Below are positions 63,578 to 64,000 of a stretch of DNA of 64,000 bases, piece by piece; position 1 is the first letter of the stretch; each line of letters begins with the position of its first letter. The position numbers were made by a program, and so were the translations under genes. The DNA is from a virus. Taxonomy: Duplodnaviria; Caudoviricetes. A model generated the notes under the pieces. It had not been told where the DNA came from and did no database searches. It saw only the letters and a program-made list of their open reading frames with translations. The stretch is taken from the IMG/VR virus record IMGVR_UViG_3300014205_000015, positions 13,731 through 77,730 of that record; one strand, 5' to 3'.

Positions 63578-64000
63578 ATGACAGTCTCACTCGATGCAAT
63601 CGCAACTACCGAAGACATTGGTTGGACAGGTGGCACAGTTCTTGAATGGCTAGCAGCTAACCATATTGGTTCAGCTAACCGACATACATTCAGCATTGCT
63701 GGTGCTGCCTCTGCTCCGGCTGTGCATCTATCCGGTGCAATCTTCACTGGTGGCAGTGCAACAACGACCAAGCCGCAATTACTGATTGAGCCAAGCGGTG
63801 CCACAAGTACGGGATGGAGTACGGCTGGAACGGGTGTAGGTGTCAACCTACCCAGTGGTTCAACTGCGAATCTCTTCGACGGCCAATTGAATGGTGTATC
63901 GAAGTTTAAAGTTGACTACACAGGTGTCGCCACGCATTTTATCAATGGTTTGGCAGTAAAAGTTGGGGATAATGCTGGAATTGGAAACGGAATTGGATCG
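63578..64000 (+). CDS. partial tail-fibre-like protein, runs off the window end
   Basis: Open frame from ATG 63578 to the end; Gly/Thr/Ser-rich beta sequence. Confidence 0.55.
   Translation, partial: MTVSLDAIATTEDIGWTGGTVLEWLAANHIGSANRHTFSIAGAASAPAVHLSGAIFTGGSATTTKPQLLIEPSGATSTGWSTAGTGVGVNLPSGSTANLFDGQLNGVSKFKVDYTGVATHFINGLAVKVGDNAGIGNGIGS

Noticed and set aside
1-64000. Integrase, repressor cassette, rRNA or host genes
   Set aside because: None recognisable in the window; lifestyle cannot be called from this segment

Overview
The whole window is part of a tailed dsDNA bacteriophage genome (Caudoviricetes-like). No host housekeeping genes and no integrase are visible. A Planctomycete-like host is only a weak inference from csrA and the secreted/matrixin gene cluster. 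Layout: leftward early region of small genes with csrA and many structured RNAs (1-6.5 kb); accessory region with a TerS-like gene, HNH, two tRNA-like RNAs and dCMP deaminase (6.9-15 kb); terL, portal, scaffold and capsid (17.4-25.4 kb); neck/tail genes with Ser/Thr-rich proteins, glycosyltransferases and a 2.7-kaa internal virion protein (25.5-48 kb); recombination/replication genes (48.2-58.5 kb); secreted and membrane genes (59.6-64 kb). The main find is at 15.0-17.4 kb. A RAMP/Cas7-like gene and a partner gene are interleaved with two arrays (18 units), each unit being GGTC followed by 8-14 pentamers of the form NN+GGY-like. Reading the NN dinucleotides as codon positions 1-2 with every third base skipped gives recognisable targets: two motifs of a related phage's terminase, a homolog of the RAMP gene itself, a primase zinc ribbon (PCPxCGGxDRF), a patatin catalytic motif (GTSTGGIIA), a tRNA 3' half and an AlpA-like motif. 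This points to a non-CRISPR, gapped-code RNA-guided system (VIPR-like). Other candidates: type II hammerhead and P5-type twister ribozymes, a roughly 600-nt ornate ncRNA with its own promoter, an expanded tRNA-like RNA, SD-sequestering hairpins alongside a phage CsrA, a 7-copy parS-like palindrome, a virion glycosylation cassette, and a possible -1 frameshift on an SSB-like gene. All assignments are by eye; no database searches were run.
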